Shown: positions 14,707 through 26,942 of the stretch, in pieces
Layout of the letters: each line of letters begins with the position of its first letter
How positions within the stretch are numbered: the first letter of the stretch is position 1
Source of the DNA: Octopus sinensis
Taxonomy: Eukaryota
DNA: 64,000 nucleotides
NCBI RefSeq assembly: GCF_006345805.1
Contig: NC_043005.1
Location: 67,766,001 to 67,830,000 of the forward strand
Reading direction: 5' to 3'
Made by a program: the position numbers and the translations under genes
Notes under the pieces: generated by a model
What the model was told of the DNA's origin: nothing
Databases searched by the model: none
Seen by the model: the letters and a program-made list of their open reading frames with translations, nothing else

Positions 14707-15260
14707 GCCCTGATGCAGTACCAGGCAGTGGCTCTCATGGCTTCTGATCTTAACTGATTGGAAGTGTTATCATGTACATTGTTTTGTCTTGGTATAAAAG
14801 ATGGGCTACAGCAAATATTCTGCTCAATACCACAGATTTGCTTGTCAGTTGTTTGACCTTCACCAGTTGAGCATGTCCCTTGGTGGTTGACGATATGTGC
14901 ATCTCTGATCACGAGCAGAAGTAGTGGGGGAGCATCATAGCCATGTGTTGAGAGGGATTCTTTGGGGTTTGAATAATTCACCTCTGGAAACATGGGTGGT
15001 TCTTTCAACATCCTTAAACAACCCTTATTCAGGGACCTTTTGAGCGGGATGGGCTACTCAATCTGAAGAAAATTCTAACTGGGCCCCACCTGCAAGGTCA
15101 TGTGCTGTTTATCTTGATATGAGATCACCATGTCGCGCACATATGGTTGTGATGCATGTGCCAGGTGTACCCTTACCAGACGGGTTGTCATGATGGGTAT
15201 GTTGGGCTTCGTATATTTTACCCCAGTGTCACTTTGATGGCATGCACTGCTCTCTCACTC
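14704..15260 (+). mobile_element. ~550 bp non-coding element embedded in (AAT)n (family N); probable non-autonomous retroelement
   Basis: Begins aatgccctgatgcagtacc, ends catgcactgctctctcactc(AAT)n. Full copies at 39473-40006 (+) and 48753-49309 (-); partial copies at 19145-19383 and 49388-49411. Strand is defined by co-orientation with Dong tails. Confidence 0.85.
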
Positions 15261-15654
15261 AATAATAATAATAATAATATAATAATCTTTTCTATTATAG
15301 GAACAAGGCCTGAAATTTTGGGGGAGAGGGTCAGTCGATTACATCGTCCCCACTACGCAACTGGTACTTATTTTATCGACCCCAAAAGGATGAAAGGCAA
15401 AGTCGACCTCGACGGAATTTGAACTTAAAACTACTACCACAACTACTACTACTACTTCGTTCTCTCCACGTTTAGTTATTGTTACCACAGCATCAATTTT
15501 CATTCACATTATTTTTGTCGTTTTTGATGCTGTCATTTCCTGACATTTCTCAGTTTCTTTTTTTTTTTTGCTTTTTGCTTTGTTTTTATTTCACTTTCAT
15601 TGGAATCCTTTCTGTCATTATATGGGATTGCAGTCAAAGACGTTACCTTACACT

Positions 15655-16011
15655 GCCCCACCCGATTCAAACACCAAATAATCCTTCTCAACACATGGCT
15701 ATGATGCTTCCCCACTACTCCTACTCATGATCAGAGATGCACATATTGTCAGTCACCAAGGGACACGCTCAATTGGTTATGGTTAAACAACTGACAAGTA
15801 ATCTGTTGCATAGAGCAGAATATTTGCTATAACGATATTTCTGCTTCAGCAACTCAGCGCTAAATCTGAAATGTAATGGAAAATAGGTCAGTTTGAAAAA
15901 CCTGATGTTCAGGTCACTAAAGCAAGATTTGAAGGGAGTAGTGGTCATTTCCTTTGGTGTTTAGATAGAAGCTAATAGAAAATAACACTTACTGGTCAAA
16001 GACAAAACAAA
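15655..16011 (-). repeat. Older variant sharing the ~180 bp core of family N with a different arm
   Basis: Homologous to about 45470-46050 (there split by a SINE); both copies share the arm tataacgatatttctgcttcag...caaaacaaa that family N lacks. Confidence 0.6.
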
Positions 16012-17902
16012 TCTAGATTCGACTGCAGCTTTTGAGACCGAGCCGTGAAAATTGAAAAGGAAGAACGCTTCAGATATGAATACAGAATCGCGGCAAACGC
16101 CAGTCGCAATCCAAAATCCTTCTTTGGCCATGTCCAACGGAATTCCCGCTTGAACAACCAAATTGCAACGTTGGTAGACTCAACAGACGTTGACTGAGGA
16201 CCCTTATCAACAGAGTCAATTATTTGCCGAGGCTTTTTCAACTATTTCTAAACAAGATGATGGTCGTGAACCCCCTCCATTTGATAGATCGGTACGTCTA
16301 ATGCTTCGATTGGTCATCACGCGGGACGAAGTCGAACGCGTTATTCAAGGCCTCGATGTCAACAAGGGTCACGGCCCTGACTGCATACACCCACGGGTTG
16401 TCAAAGCGTTGGCTCCGGTCATCTGCGAGCCTTTAACACGTCTATTCAATATGTCATTGGCGACGGGTGTTATACCTGCGGACTGGAGAACAGCGATAAT
16501 CTGCCCAATTTTCAAGAATGGGAGCCGCGAAGACCCGCTTAACTACCGGCCGGTTTCCCTTACTTCAATAATCAGCAAGATGTTCGAAACCATCCTTAAG
16601 GAAAGTATGATGCTCCACCTCCAAAACACAGCCTCTATCTCTGATTCCCAACACGGCTTCGTGCCGAAGAGATCATGCTTGACCAACTTACTGGTAATGG
16701 AAGAATTGGTGACGCGCATCCTCGATGATGGTGATGCTGTTGACATCGTTTTATTGGACTTTGCCAAAGCTTTTGACTCGGTAAACCACCGCCTATTACT
16801 TGTCAAGCTTCAAGCATATAGTTTCCATCCGGATATTGTACGATGGGTTGGTGCCTTCCTCTCAGATCGCTCTTTCCAAGTCCAAGTTAATGGTTCGCTG
16901 TCCGACGTCTCCAGTGCGAGCAGTGGCGTGCCTCAAGGTTCAGTGCTTGGGCCCTTATTGTTCTTAGTCTTCATAAATGACTTGCCCGACGACCTCACGC
17001 AACACACCCTTCTATTTGCCGACGATGTCAAACTGGTCGCTCCTCGCGGTGATATAGAGGATTTTCGTCGATGCCTCCACCAAATTTGGAGATGGTCTAA
17101 CGAATGGGACCTGTGTCTGAACGTGTCAAAGTGCTGTCATCTGCCTGTTGGCTCTCCTCCTGCAACTCAACTTGATTTCGAGCCGGGTCGTCTGCTGCTG
17201 GAGAGGACCGATCTGGTAAAGGACCTGGGTATCTTGGTGGATTCCTTCTTTTCACCTTCGGCCCAGTGCGTTCATGCTGCCAACAAAGCACGCGGAGTTC
17301 TGTTCTTGATTCGACGGTCATTCGGAATGCTCACAGCAGCCATATTCCTACCGCTCTGTCACGCTGGTGAGACCCATATTGGAGTACGGGATTCAAGCCT
17401 CTTCTCCTTATCTCCTCAAAGACATACAGCATCTCGAAAGAGTCCAGAAGCTGGCTACCCGCATGGTTCTTGATCTCAAGAATTTGTCTTATGAAGAAAG
17501 GCTGAAGATGCTCGACCTTTATTCTCTAGAAAAACGACGACGCCGTGGTGATCTCATTCTTGCTCACAACATCATAAGCGGAAAGTGTAACCTCTCGAAA
17601 GAGCTGTTCTTCACTCCTGCTCCAGAGCGTCGACTGCGGGGTCACTCCGAAAAGCTCTATCTGCGACGATTTCATCTCTATCGAAGGAGAGGGGCTTTCT
17701 CTGTCCGGGTTGCGGATCCGTGGAATAAGCTCCCGGACGAGATGGTGAAGATGCCGACGACCGCTCGGTTCAAAGTCTCCCTTGATCACAAGTGGCCTGA
17801 ACTCTTTACATGAACACCATCTTGTACATAACTCCATGTCCCCCTACATAGCCTTGCTTTTTGCTTTTTGAGCCAAAAATTTAACTAACTAACTAAATAA
17901 AT
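16012..17902 (+). mobile_element. CR1-group LINE, 5'-truncated, near-intact RT and thumb, (AACT)n tail
   Basis: RIAANASRNPKSFFGHV (linker); KGHGPD; NYRPVSLTSIISK; QHGF; LDFAKAFDSVNH; SGVPQGSVLGPLLF; LFADD; VKDLG; then RPILEYG..LERVQKLATR..YEERLK..RRRRGDLI..WNKLP, stop at 17813. Frameshifts near 16190 and 17357. The uninterrupted target caaaacaaaaattttgtt is visible in the paralogous repeat near 46040. Confidence 0.95.
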
Positions 17903-18499
17903 AAAAATTTTGTTGCACAATGTATCACTTACCTTGACAAACTCTGACTCGTGTTTATACGTTTGACTCGTATTCATTACGTCACTCTGGATTTATAAAC
18001 ACCCCGATGTACTCATTTATTTATTCAGCCATACATGCGTTTACACACTTTTTGTACTACCTTACTGCACTAACTGAGAAGATAGTTGATACTTTCAGCC
18101 TTTTTTTCACACACAGTGCATTTGATCCCTGACTGTCTTTTATCGATATTTCTTTATTATTGTTTGAGAAAGAACAAGCAGTGATTCAGTTCTACAGTTC
18201 AGGTTTCCATCTCTCAGATACAACCAGCGTTCTTCAATTCCAAAATCCTTTGCTTGTTGCATAAATAACTCATATAGTTCTTTTCCATTCCACTTATTTG
18301 TTCTATTTTTTTATATTCTTGAAACCTTCCAGTTTCAGTCATTTTTAAACATATATATATCTATCTAGACACAAATAATAGTCTTTCTCGTTAATCACAA
18401 CATAGTTTACAAACCATAAATCGCAGTATTGATAGCGTATTTTGCATTTAAGAAACCACTGCTTCTTTCCTTTATTTGTAAATAGAGCTGGTCTTTAGT

Positions 18500-18790
18500 A
18501 ATTTAGAGTGGTGTGCATTATGCATTGTAAGCAGCTTGCTAGTCCTCCTATCCAATTCTCGTAGGTCTGTCTTTGTCCAATATTGATTGCCTTGATGGCA
18601 TCACCTCCATTTAGTTTTGCTTCTAACACTTCCCAAACCTTCTTGTATTCTTTTTAGAGATTTTCTCATTTTTCTTTCCATTACCTTATCCTTCTGTAGT
18701 ATCTATAGATGCTTGTATTCTTCATTCTCTTTCAGTGATCCAACGACATCAGTTTTGTGGCATCTTTATCCAATTACATTTAAGCTTTCG
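18500..18790 (-). mobile_element. R4/Dong-clade internal RT C-terminal fragment
   Basis: Minus translation GSLKENEEYKHL..KLNGGDAIKAIN/WTKTDLRELDRRTSKLLTMHNAHH. Confidence 0.75.
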
Positions 18791-19144
18791 ACATCTCTTC
18801 ATGATTAATGCTGAAGACTTATTCTCCAAAAACTGCATACAGTATTCTTGCTGAATATTTTTACTATTTGAACGAATGAATCAAACTTTTTCTTTATTTC
18901 TGGTGTTCACTTCGAGATCAACCATATATCGCAGGTAGGTCTTTATTGTACTTATCAACGAAATCAACGCAACTACGAAAAGCAATAGATAGAGAGAGCC
19001 TCACTGAAATATTTCATTGCGGATTTTCGCATTTCCTAACGATTCATCCCCGCATTTTAAATCTGCTTCCCTCGATTTTGTTCATTTTCCTAGAAGAAAA
19101 AAGAACTACTAATTTTCTGATAAACGCCGAGATTTGTCAATAAA

Positions 19145-19383
19145 GTGGGCCCAGTTAGAATTTTCTTCAGATCGCGTAACCCACCCCGCTCAAATGGTCC
19201 CTGAACAAGGCTTCTTTAAGGATGTTGAACGAAAATAACCATATTTCCAGAAATTAATTATTCAAACCCCAAAGAATCCTCTCTTTTACACCAAGAAAAA
19301 ACATGTATCATACATGATAACACTCCCAATCAGTAAAGTCCAGAAGCCATGAGAGCCAGCCTCTGTTACTGCACCAGGGTATT
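19145..19383 (-). mobile_element. Partial, internally deleted copy of family N
   Basis: Matches family N from its aaataccctggtgcag start through gggcccac; abuts the tail of the Dong copy at 19410. Confidence 0.75.
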
Positions 19384-19409
19384 TATTATTGTTGTTGTTG
19401 TTGTTGTTA

Positions 19410-19880
19410 TCCAATATTTGGTAGTTTCAGGCAAATTTTTACTGCATCACCTGCTACACCTCTGCGTTACTGGGGTGTGTGCAGCATTGTGTGTTTTTTT
19501 TGTGTTTTTTTTGCTGAGGGAGTGCGAACTCTTCTAGGTACTGTATTGCATCAGTTTGTCTTGTTACGCGGTCTGATTGCAGTCTTTTCTTATATTAGTG
19601 TTTGTACTCTGTGATGAGTGTGTAACGTGAGTTGCCTTCTTCTGTTGGGTATCCGGCCTGTAGAGTACATGTGGTGGTTGTTTATTTTATTAGATATTTA
19701 CTATATAGAATGTAGCTTGCGTTTATGGATTGTTTTGTTTGGGTTGTATTGTTCAATTGATAGAGTTTTGCGTAGGAGGTGGGTTGTTCGTAGCCGGGCT
19801 ATTTTTTGGACAGTGTGTAGCGTTGAGGGCCCAGGTATAGCTTTTACGTTTTTGTTCATAAGATTTTTTTATCATACCCT
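19410..19880 (-). mobile_element. R4/Dong-clade 3' end with long 3'UTR and (AAC)n(AAT)n tail
   Basis: Minus translation VKAIPGPSTLHTVQKIARLRTTHLLRKTLSIE. Confidence 0.75.
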
Positions 19881-19892
19881 ATTATTATTATT

Positions 19893-20384
19893 TTAGTTTG
19901 GCTCAGGTTTGGTCTTACTCCGGTTGGGAAATATGTGGATAGTGGGATACTAGCTATAACCTTAGGCATCCACAAGTTTTCAGCTGTCTTTCAAGTGCTT
20001 AGAACCTTCCTGATAATCCTTGCTGTCCCTAAGAAACAGTATTTCTGTAGGAGCTCTACCGGGCTTTCTGTTTCAATCTCCTTCTCCTTCAGCCGTTTGT
20101 CTATATTTTTGCTTACTGTTCCCAACGCACCAATTATTACAGGCACGACCTTTATTGTTCACGTTCACCAAATTATTCCTATTTCAAAATTTAAGGGATT
20201 GTATTTTTTTCTTCCTATTTCTTCACGATTCCGGAATCAAATAGGCATGATGTGTCGATAAGTAAGCAACTTTGCTTTTCTTTATCTATAATCATTATGA
20301 CTGGTCCATTACTATCTAATTTCATGTCCGTTTAAATAGGAAGGTCTTACATTTCTCCGACTCCAGTACCTTTTCGACTAGATG
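19893..20384 (-). mobile_element. R4/Dong-clade endonuclease fragment plus 3'UTR
   Basis: Minus translation VEKVLESEKCK..IIDKEKQSCLLIDTSC..KVVPVIIGALGTVSKNIDKRL..PVELLQKYCFLGTARIIRKVLST*; (AAT)n tail 19881-19892. Confidence 0.85.
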
Positions 20385-20572
20385 ATTATTATTATTTGGA
20401 AAGGATTATCATTAGTAATTGCAGTAAGGCGGCAAGCAAGCAAAATGGTATGCACGCCGGACAAAATTCTTAGCAGCAGTACCAGTTGAGCTTTGGGGTC
20501 GATGCAATTGATTAGCCCCACCAACACCACCACAAAATTCTAGGCTTTCTATAGCAGAAAGAATTATTATTG

Positions 20573-20624
<52 letters not shown>

Positions 20625-20706
20625 CATTATTATTATTACTATTATTATTATTATTATTATTAATAATATTATTATGATTATTATTATTATTTTTTTTTTT
20701 TTTTTG

Positions 20707-20920
20707 AAGGCGGCGAGCTAGCAGAATCGTTAGCACGCCGGACAAATTGCTTTGTGGCATTTCATCCGTCTTTACGTTCCGAATTCAAATACCGCCGAGG
20801 TCAACTTAGCCTTTCATCCTTTCGGGATCGATAAAATAAGTACCAGTTACGTACTGGAGTCGATGCAATCGACTTACTCCCTCCCCTGAAATTGCTGACC
20901 TTGTGCCAAAATTTGAAACC
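20707..20920 (+). mobile_element. SINE family A monomer
   Basis: Full head-core-tail match to other copies. The core ctttcatcctttcgggatcgataaaataagtacc resembles the Deu/Nin SINE domain (from memory). Confidence 0.9.
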
Positions 20921-21624
20921 ATTGTTATTATTATTTGCTTCATATTTGCTCATTTTCTCATTTAGAATTCGTCTTGAGAATCCAATTACAAGATAGCACA
21001 CTCCTCAACTATATTCTTCTATTCACAAATACTTTTTTTCTTTTGATGTTAGTCATATTATGCAAAGAAATCAGTCATATTACTTTCTATCATTTTGGGG
21101 GATCAATATTAATATAAAATATCCGATATCAATGGCGATATTAATGTCGCGTAAGTCATTTTGCTGAGGACGAACCTCAGAAGATATTATTTTCTTGTAA
21201 TTATTTGGGAGAAGATACACAACAGTGATATCGAGCCTTTTATTTGTGGCTATGGATATAATCGGAATCCGGTATTGTAAACTATCAAATAGTCATCAAA
21301 TATACAGTGAACTCACTAATTAAATTGACGTACCGCATTATATTTATCTCCATAAATGAGCCAAATAGAGAGCCTTTGCGAGGTCGCTCGATCTGTTAGA
21401 AATAACATCCAAATCTCCGTCAAATTGCCCAGACTATATAAAATGAATAAGAAAAGAACATATTGAATTATTTAGTCATGATTTCCCTAAAAATAAGTGG
21501 TGGTCACGACTGGAGTCACAAGTCAGCTCTATCAGGGTTGATATGGAATTTAACAGTAACTTATTTTCATGTGTGTCATTTAATATATTTGCGGAAGTTA
21601 TAGAAATGCATTTGACAATCCCTT

Positions 21625-21667
<43 letters not shown>

Positions 21668-22709
21668 CCTACATCAAACATATACACACATATTCATTTA
21701 CATACATATATACATACATATATAAACACATGTACCCATATACATACACACAAATATGCATCTGAAAAGAACATCAATCATTCATTTTTGGCGAAAATTT
21801 CCCATAAAATCAATCCACTTCAGACTTCTTATTAATTCATATCGTATTTATTAAATACGTCTACAGTTTTTTCAGGAGAAAATGAGTTGGGGATATGTAA
21901 AACTGAATATATTGTTTTATCTTCTTACTGGCCCAAGTCATTCGACTGAGGCCTTGCAAGGACAGTCTTTAAGAGTATGGTCGATTACATCAAACTTAGT
22001 ATTTATTTAATCAAGTATTCATTTTATCGATCACGGAATGATGAAAGACAAAGTGGACAGTAAAATGGCAGGTTATCAACTTAGAATTAAAAGACACAAA
22101 ATCAAATAGACGCAAAATATTTGTGTGACATTGTACCGGTTCCGTTAACCACAAACATTCTGTCAACCAATATATTCTGCCACTCATTCACACATATATT
22201 CGTATTAACCGTCATTTCAATTCTAAACCGTTTAAATTGTGATTAGATCAGACAGATTGATGTCTAACATTAGCACAAGACAACACATTCTAGAACGTGG
22301 TACAGTCGATTGAATTAACACCAGTAATTAACTGGTAACTATAATTTATTGACCCTAGTAGGATGAAAGACAACGTTGACCTCCGCAGAATTTAGATATT
22401 GGAGAGACATACCTGGTCTAATCGATAATCCGCTATCGATCGACGAGCCAATATTTCATATCTGCTCTCCAGAGCTTGCTTCAAAGCCAAAGCATTAAAG
22501 TCTAAGTCTACCTAATTAAATATATACTATGTTTACGCACGCGTCACTGTTATAAATGTCAGGAAGTTGTGTGAGTAATGGCTTCTGATTTAGGCACATG
22601 ACCATAAGTTTACTCGATACCTCCAACCCCAATACTTGACCGATATTCTAGTTTAGCAACCCGGTGGGATGAAAGACAAAGCTGGCTTCGGTGGTATGTG
22701 AACTTAACT

Positions 22710-23030
22710 AAGGCGGCGAGCTGGTAGAAACGTTAGCATGCCGGGCGAAATGCTTAGCGGTATTTCGTCTGTAATCGACTTAATCCGTTGTCTGTCCTTG
22801 TTTGTCTTCTCTGTGTTTAGCCCCTTGTGGGTAGTAAAGAAATAGGCATTTCGTCTGCCACTACATTCTGAGTTCAAATTCCGCCGAGGTCGACTTTACC
22901 TTTCATTCTTTCGGGGTTGATAAATTAAGTACCAGTTACGCACTGGAGTCGATGTAATCGACTTAATCCGTTTGTCTGTCCTTGTTTGTCCCCTCTGTGT
23001 TTAGCCCCTTGTGGGTAGTAAAGAAATAGG
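22710..23030 (+). mobile_element. SINE family A multimer with ~18 bp TSD
   Basis: Head, deleted unit, then full unit restarting at aaagaaatagg|catttcgtctg; TSD ggtatgtgaac(t/c)taac at 22693 and 23029. Confidence 0.9.
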
Positions 23031-23635
23031 TATGTGAACCTAACGTAAAGAACTGGAAGAAATGCTGCAAGACATTTTGGACGACGATTCTGCCAGCCCA
23101 TTTCTCTACGTTATGTGATTAATGAAAGTTTATCCAGCTATCGTAATTTAGTCGTCAATATGATGATGAATTATATGTAACTTTATACGAATGAATAAAA
23201 ATAAAATGCTCTTTGAATGGATATCAGTTTCATACATTGATACAAGGTCACATATTTATAGGAGAATATGAGAATTAAGATTATGCAGCATCCATCCTTT
23301 TAGAAAGCATTTGAAGCATAAACGAAGAAACTGTAAAAAAAAATAAAATAAAATAAAAAACTGTTGTAAAGATTGATTTCACCTATAATCAACTTTGAAC
23401 TTTGCAGATAATCTGTTACTTATAATAAAAGAAATAAATGAAATATCAACGGCAAATTTCCTCGCAACCCAGCACCGAAGCGTCATTAATAGACACAGAA
23501 CCTCATCGATGGTTCGACTATTTAAGTACTATACACTTCCGCCTTGCTGGTTTGTACGGTATCTGGAATCCCTACATAAATTTTGCTGTAATACCCATAC
23601 CCTGTCCAAGGATACAATTTATGTGAATGAATATC

Positions 23636-24024
23636 TTTTCTACTCTAGGAAGAAGGCCCTAAATTTTGTGGGGAGGGGGCCAGTCGAGTAGATCGACCCC
23701 AGTACGCAACTGGTACTTAATTTATCGACCCCGAAAAGATGAAAGGCAAAGTCGACCTCGGCGGAATTTGAACCCAGAACGTAAAAATACCTATTTCTTT
23801 ACTACCCACAAGGGGCTAAACATAGAGAGGACAAACTAGGACAGACAAATGGATTAAGTCAATTACATCGACCCCAGTGCGTAACTGGTACTTAATTTAT
23901 CGACCCTGAAAGGATGAAAGGCAAAGTCGACCTCGACGGAATTTGAACTCAGAATGTAGCAGCAGACGAAATACCGCTAAGCATTTCGCCCGGCATGCTA
24001 ACGTTTCTACCATCTCGCCGCCTT
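23636..24024 (-). mobile_element. SINE family A dimer with 15 bp TSD
   Basis: Head-unit(tail 1)-unit(tail 2); TSD gtgaat(g/a)aatatctt at 23623 and 24025. Confidence 0.9.
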
Positions 24025-26904
24025 GTGAATAAATATCTTGAACCAAGAGTGTACAAATTTAAGTTTACTTTTTAGTACTGCATACGCTTGCGAATGTAAT
24101 AGATATATCTTTTTTAACTATGTAGAAGGTAAATTGTTATAATGGAAGTGATACAGTTGAGTGAACCAACACCGACTGGTATTTGGTGCTATTTGTAATA
24201 GTAGTCGTTCGGCATTGAACTGTTGAATTTTCAACAAAGGAACTTCAACTAAGAAATTTCACCTAAGCACGCAGTTTTTGTCACCGTTGTTGCTGTCAAC
24301 CTGAGGCCAATCCTGATCAAATAAACACACAATCAAAATACGCTCCAGCTACAATCATCCTGAGTGGGGCGGGTGGGGTCAGATACAGTATATCTTGATC
24401 ACATACATTATATCTTTCCCTTTTAAAACCGTGGAGTAGGAGCTGAGAGAAATGCGGCTGTTATCTCTAGCAAATCTAGCGACCACATAGATACAATATG
24501 TAAAGGAACAAGAGGAAATAATGTAAATTACTCCGTTCATCGTTCTACTTGCTCCGTTATTCCATGATATTTTCAATATTTTCATTGATTTGTAAAATAA
24601 GTCAGCGAGCTGACAGAAACATTAACGCGTCTGACAAAATGCTTAGTGAAATTTTACCAGTTTTTTATGTTCTGAATTCGACTTTGCATTTCACCCTTTC
24701 GGGTCGATAAAATAAGTACCACTTGAGCATTGGTTGGAGCGGGTCAATGTAATCAACCACAACCTCTCCGAAAATTGTTGGCCTCGAAAATTTAAAACTA
24801 TTATTAATTTTTAATATAAGCAAGTGATTTCAAATTTGGAGTAACTATAAAATCAGTTCTATTCTTTGACTGGTGCTTATTTTATCAACCACGGAAGGTT
24901 AAAGGACAGAGTCAACACCGGCAAAATTCGTATGTAGATAGGAAGGGAGCTCTACCGATTCTACTAATACACCTCATGTTTCAGGGTTATTATTAAGTTC
25001 TACAAAGACACTGAACTGATAGAATCGTTAACGCGTCGGACAAAAACGTTTAGCAGCATTTCTTTCGATTCTTTATGTTCTTAGTTCAAATTCCACCGAG
25101 GTCGATTTTACCTTTCATCCTTTCGGGATCGATAAAATAAGTACCTATTAAACACCTGGCAGCGATGTAATCAACTATTCCGTTCCCCAAAATTTCAGAC
25201 CATGTACCTATAATGGAAATAATTATTAAGATCTGCAAGGAAGCTGGGTAATTGTGTTAGGATATAAACGTAAGTGCAATAGATAACTCTTCTAATTGAT
25301 TTAAAGTGTCCATCGAGTGGATCTACCAATTAATTAATCATGACTTGTACTGTTTTTCTGCTATTGATACTAATTAAAAATGACATAAATGAAGAGTTGA
25401 TAATTCATTTAAGAAAACTATTTATCACACCGTTTCATTTCTTCTCACTTTTAATTACAATGATGTCGCTGTGGTCGATTTTGTTGATCGAACAAAACTA
25501 TGATCGAAGACATTATTGCTATGACCATCCCTTTTTAAGATATTTAGAGCAACATTATCCAATATATCGTTTGTTATTTAACACAGTGAAGGTGTGTTTT
25601 AAGGAAGCTTGGCTGCTCTTTCTAAAAAAATCGAGTAACGACGTCGAATAAATTCCCTCGTTGGCTCATTAAATACAATTCACATTTAATGATCCAACGA
25701 AAGACTGTCTATATGGCGTGCGTCAATTTAACGAATCATCATTATGCATATGGATTTATCAAATAAACTGTGTATGTGGGCGTTAACAAACCGTAAAACG
25801 TGAGCCACAAAATTTCAATTAATTTTTGTTCACTACAACACTGCATATGTCAACGCTCACTTTATTATCTATTTTTGATAAAGAAGGCGTTCCTGAGCAC
25901 CCCTGTGTTATTCATACAGTGTATGTAATAAGCTGCCAAGTCGGTATGGTTTTGATTGCCAGTTGCAGCTATTTCCTTTTCCTTATTCTACCAAAGTCTT
26001 TTGATAACTGCATGAATAATATAACTAAAGTTACCCTTCTTAGCAAATAGAGGCTCCGAGGTCGTACAATATTCTGGGAGTGAATAAATAGGGATTTGTA
26101 CCTGAGCAAAACATTTAAGTTCAAGTATGTCTGTATGCTTAAGAAATTTACATCAATACCTGCGGGTTCGTCCCCTCTACGCGAAACTTTGGGCTATATC
26201 TTCAAAACAGCTCCGAGGTCGTGCAATATCTTGGGAGTGAATTTCAAAGACGTCTGTATGTGTGTTGGGGTATGGTGTTACTGTTTGTGTGTGTATGTGA
26301 ATGTGCGTATGTGAATGTGTGTACGCATGCTTGTATGAGTGTGTGTGTGGGTGTGTATATTTGTTTGCCTCCCCCAACATCTCTCGACATTCGTTTGTTT
26401 ACGATAAAGTATAAGTAGAAGATTTAAGCAGTAAGTACGGGGTAGTCGATTTGATCACCTATTACTGTCAGAGCACATTGGATGGCGTTGTCCATAGAAC
26501 ACAACGACTGAAAAGAATTGAATTATCAAGACAACAATGCATTTAATCAAAGGTTTACTCGACCAAGGCTGACATGAGATCAAACAATAAGAATAATGGC
26601 TACTGATCGTGGCATTGAGAAAAATTTTCGTGGTCCCTCAGTCTGCTAGAAATATAACTGATTTTCTTTCAAATCACAACTTACTGTCTTTAAAAAAATA
26701 AGGTCATAATAGATAAAGTAGTCCTTAATATACAATCTAAAACTACAAAGTCGGGATAGTCACGGCTGAGAGCTTTGTCTGCAGGTCTGCTTATGAGAGC
26801 TGCTCTGAGACTTAATGACCAAATTACTTGTAAATTTTTCAATGCTTTCTACCTCTCTTTCTCCTTCTTCCCCTCTACCCTTTCTCTCTCTCCCTCTTTC
26901 TCCC

Positions 26905-26942
<38 letters not shown>

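Noticed and set aside
22710-23030. Regularly repeated ~185 bp units resembling a CRISPR-like or satellite array
   Set aside because: The units are SINE bodies without unique spacers; eukaryotic context and no cas genes.
26053-26242. 33 bp direct repeat about 157 bp apart
   Set aside because: Matches a decayed internal segment of SINE B; a local duplication in an old SINE.
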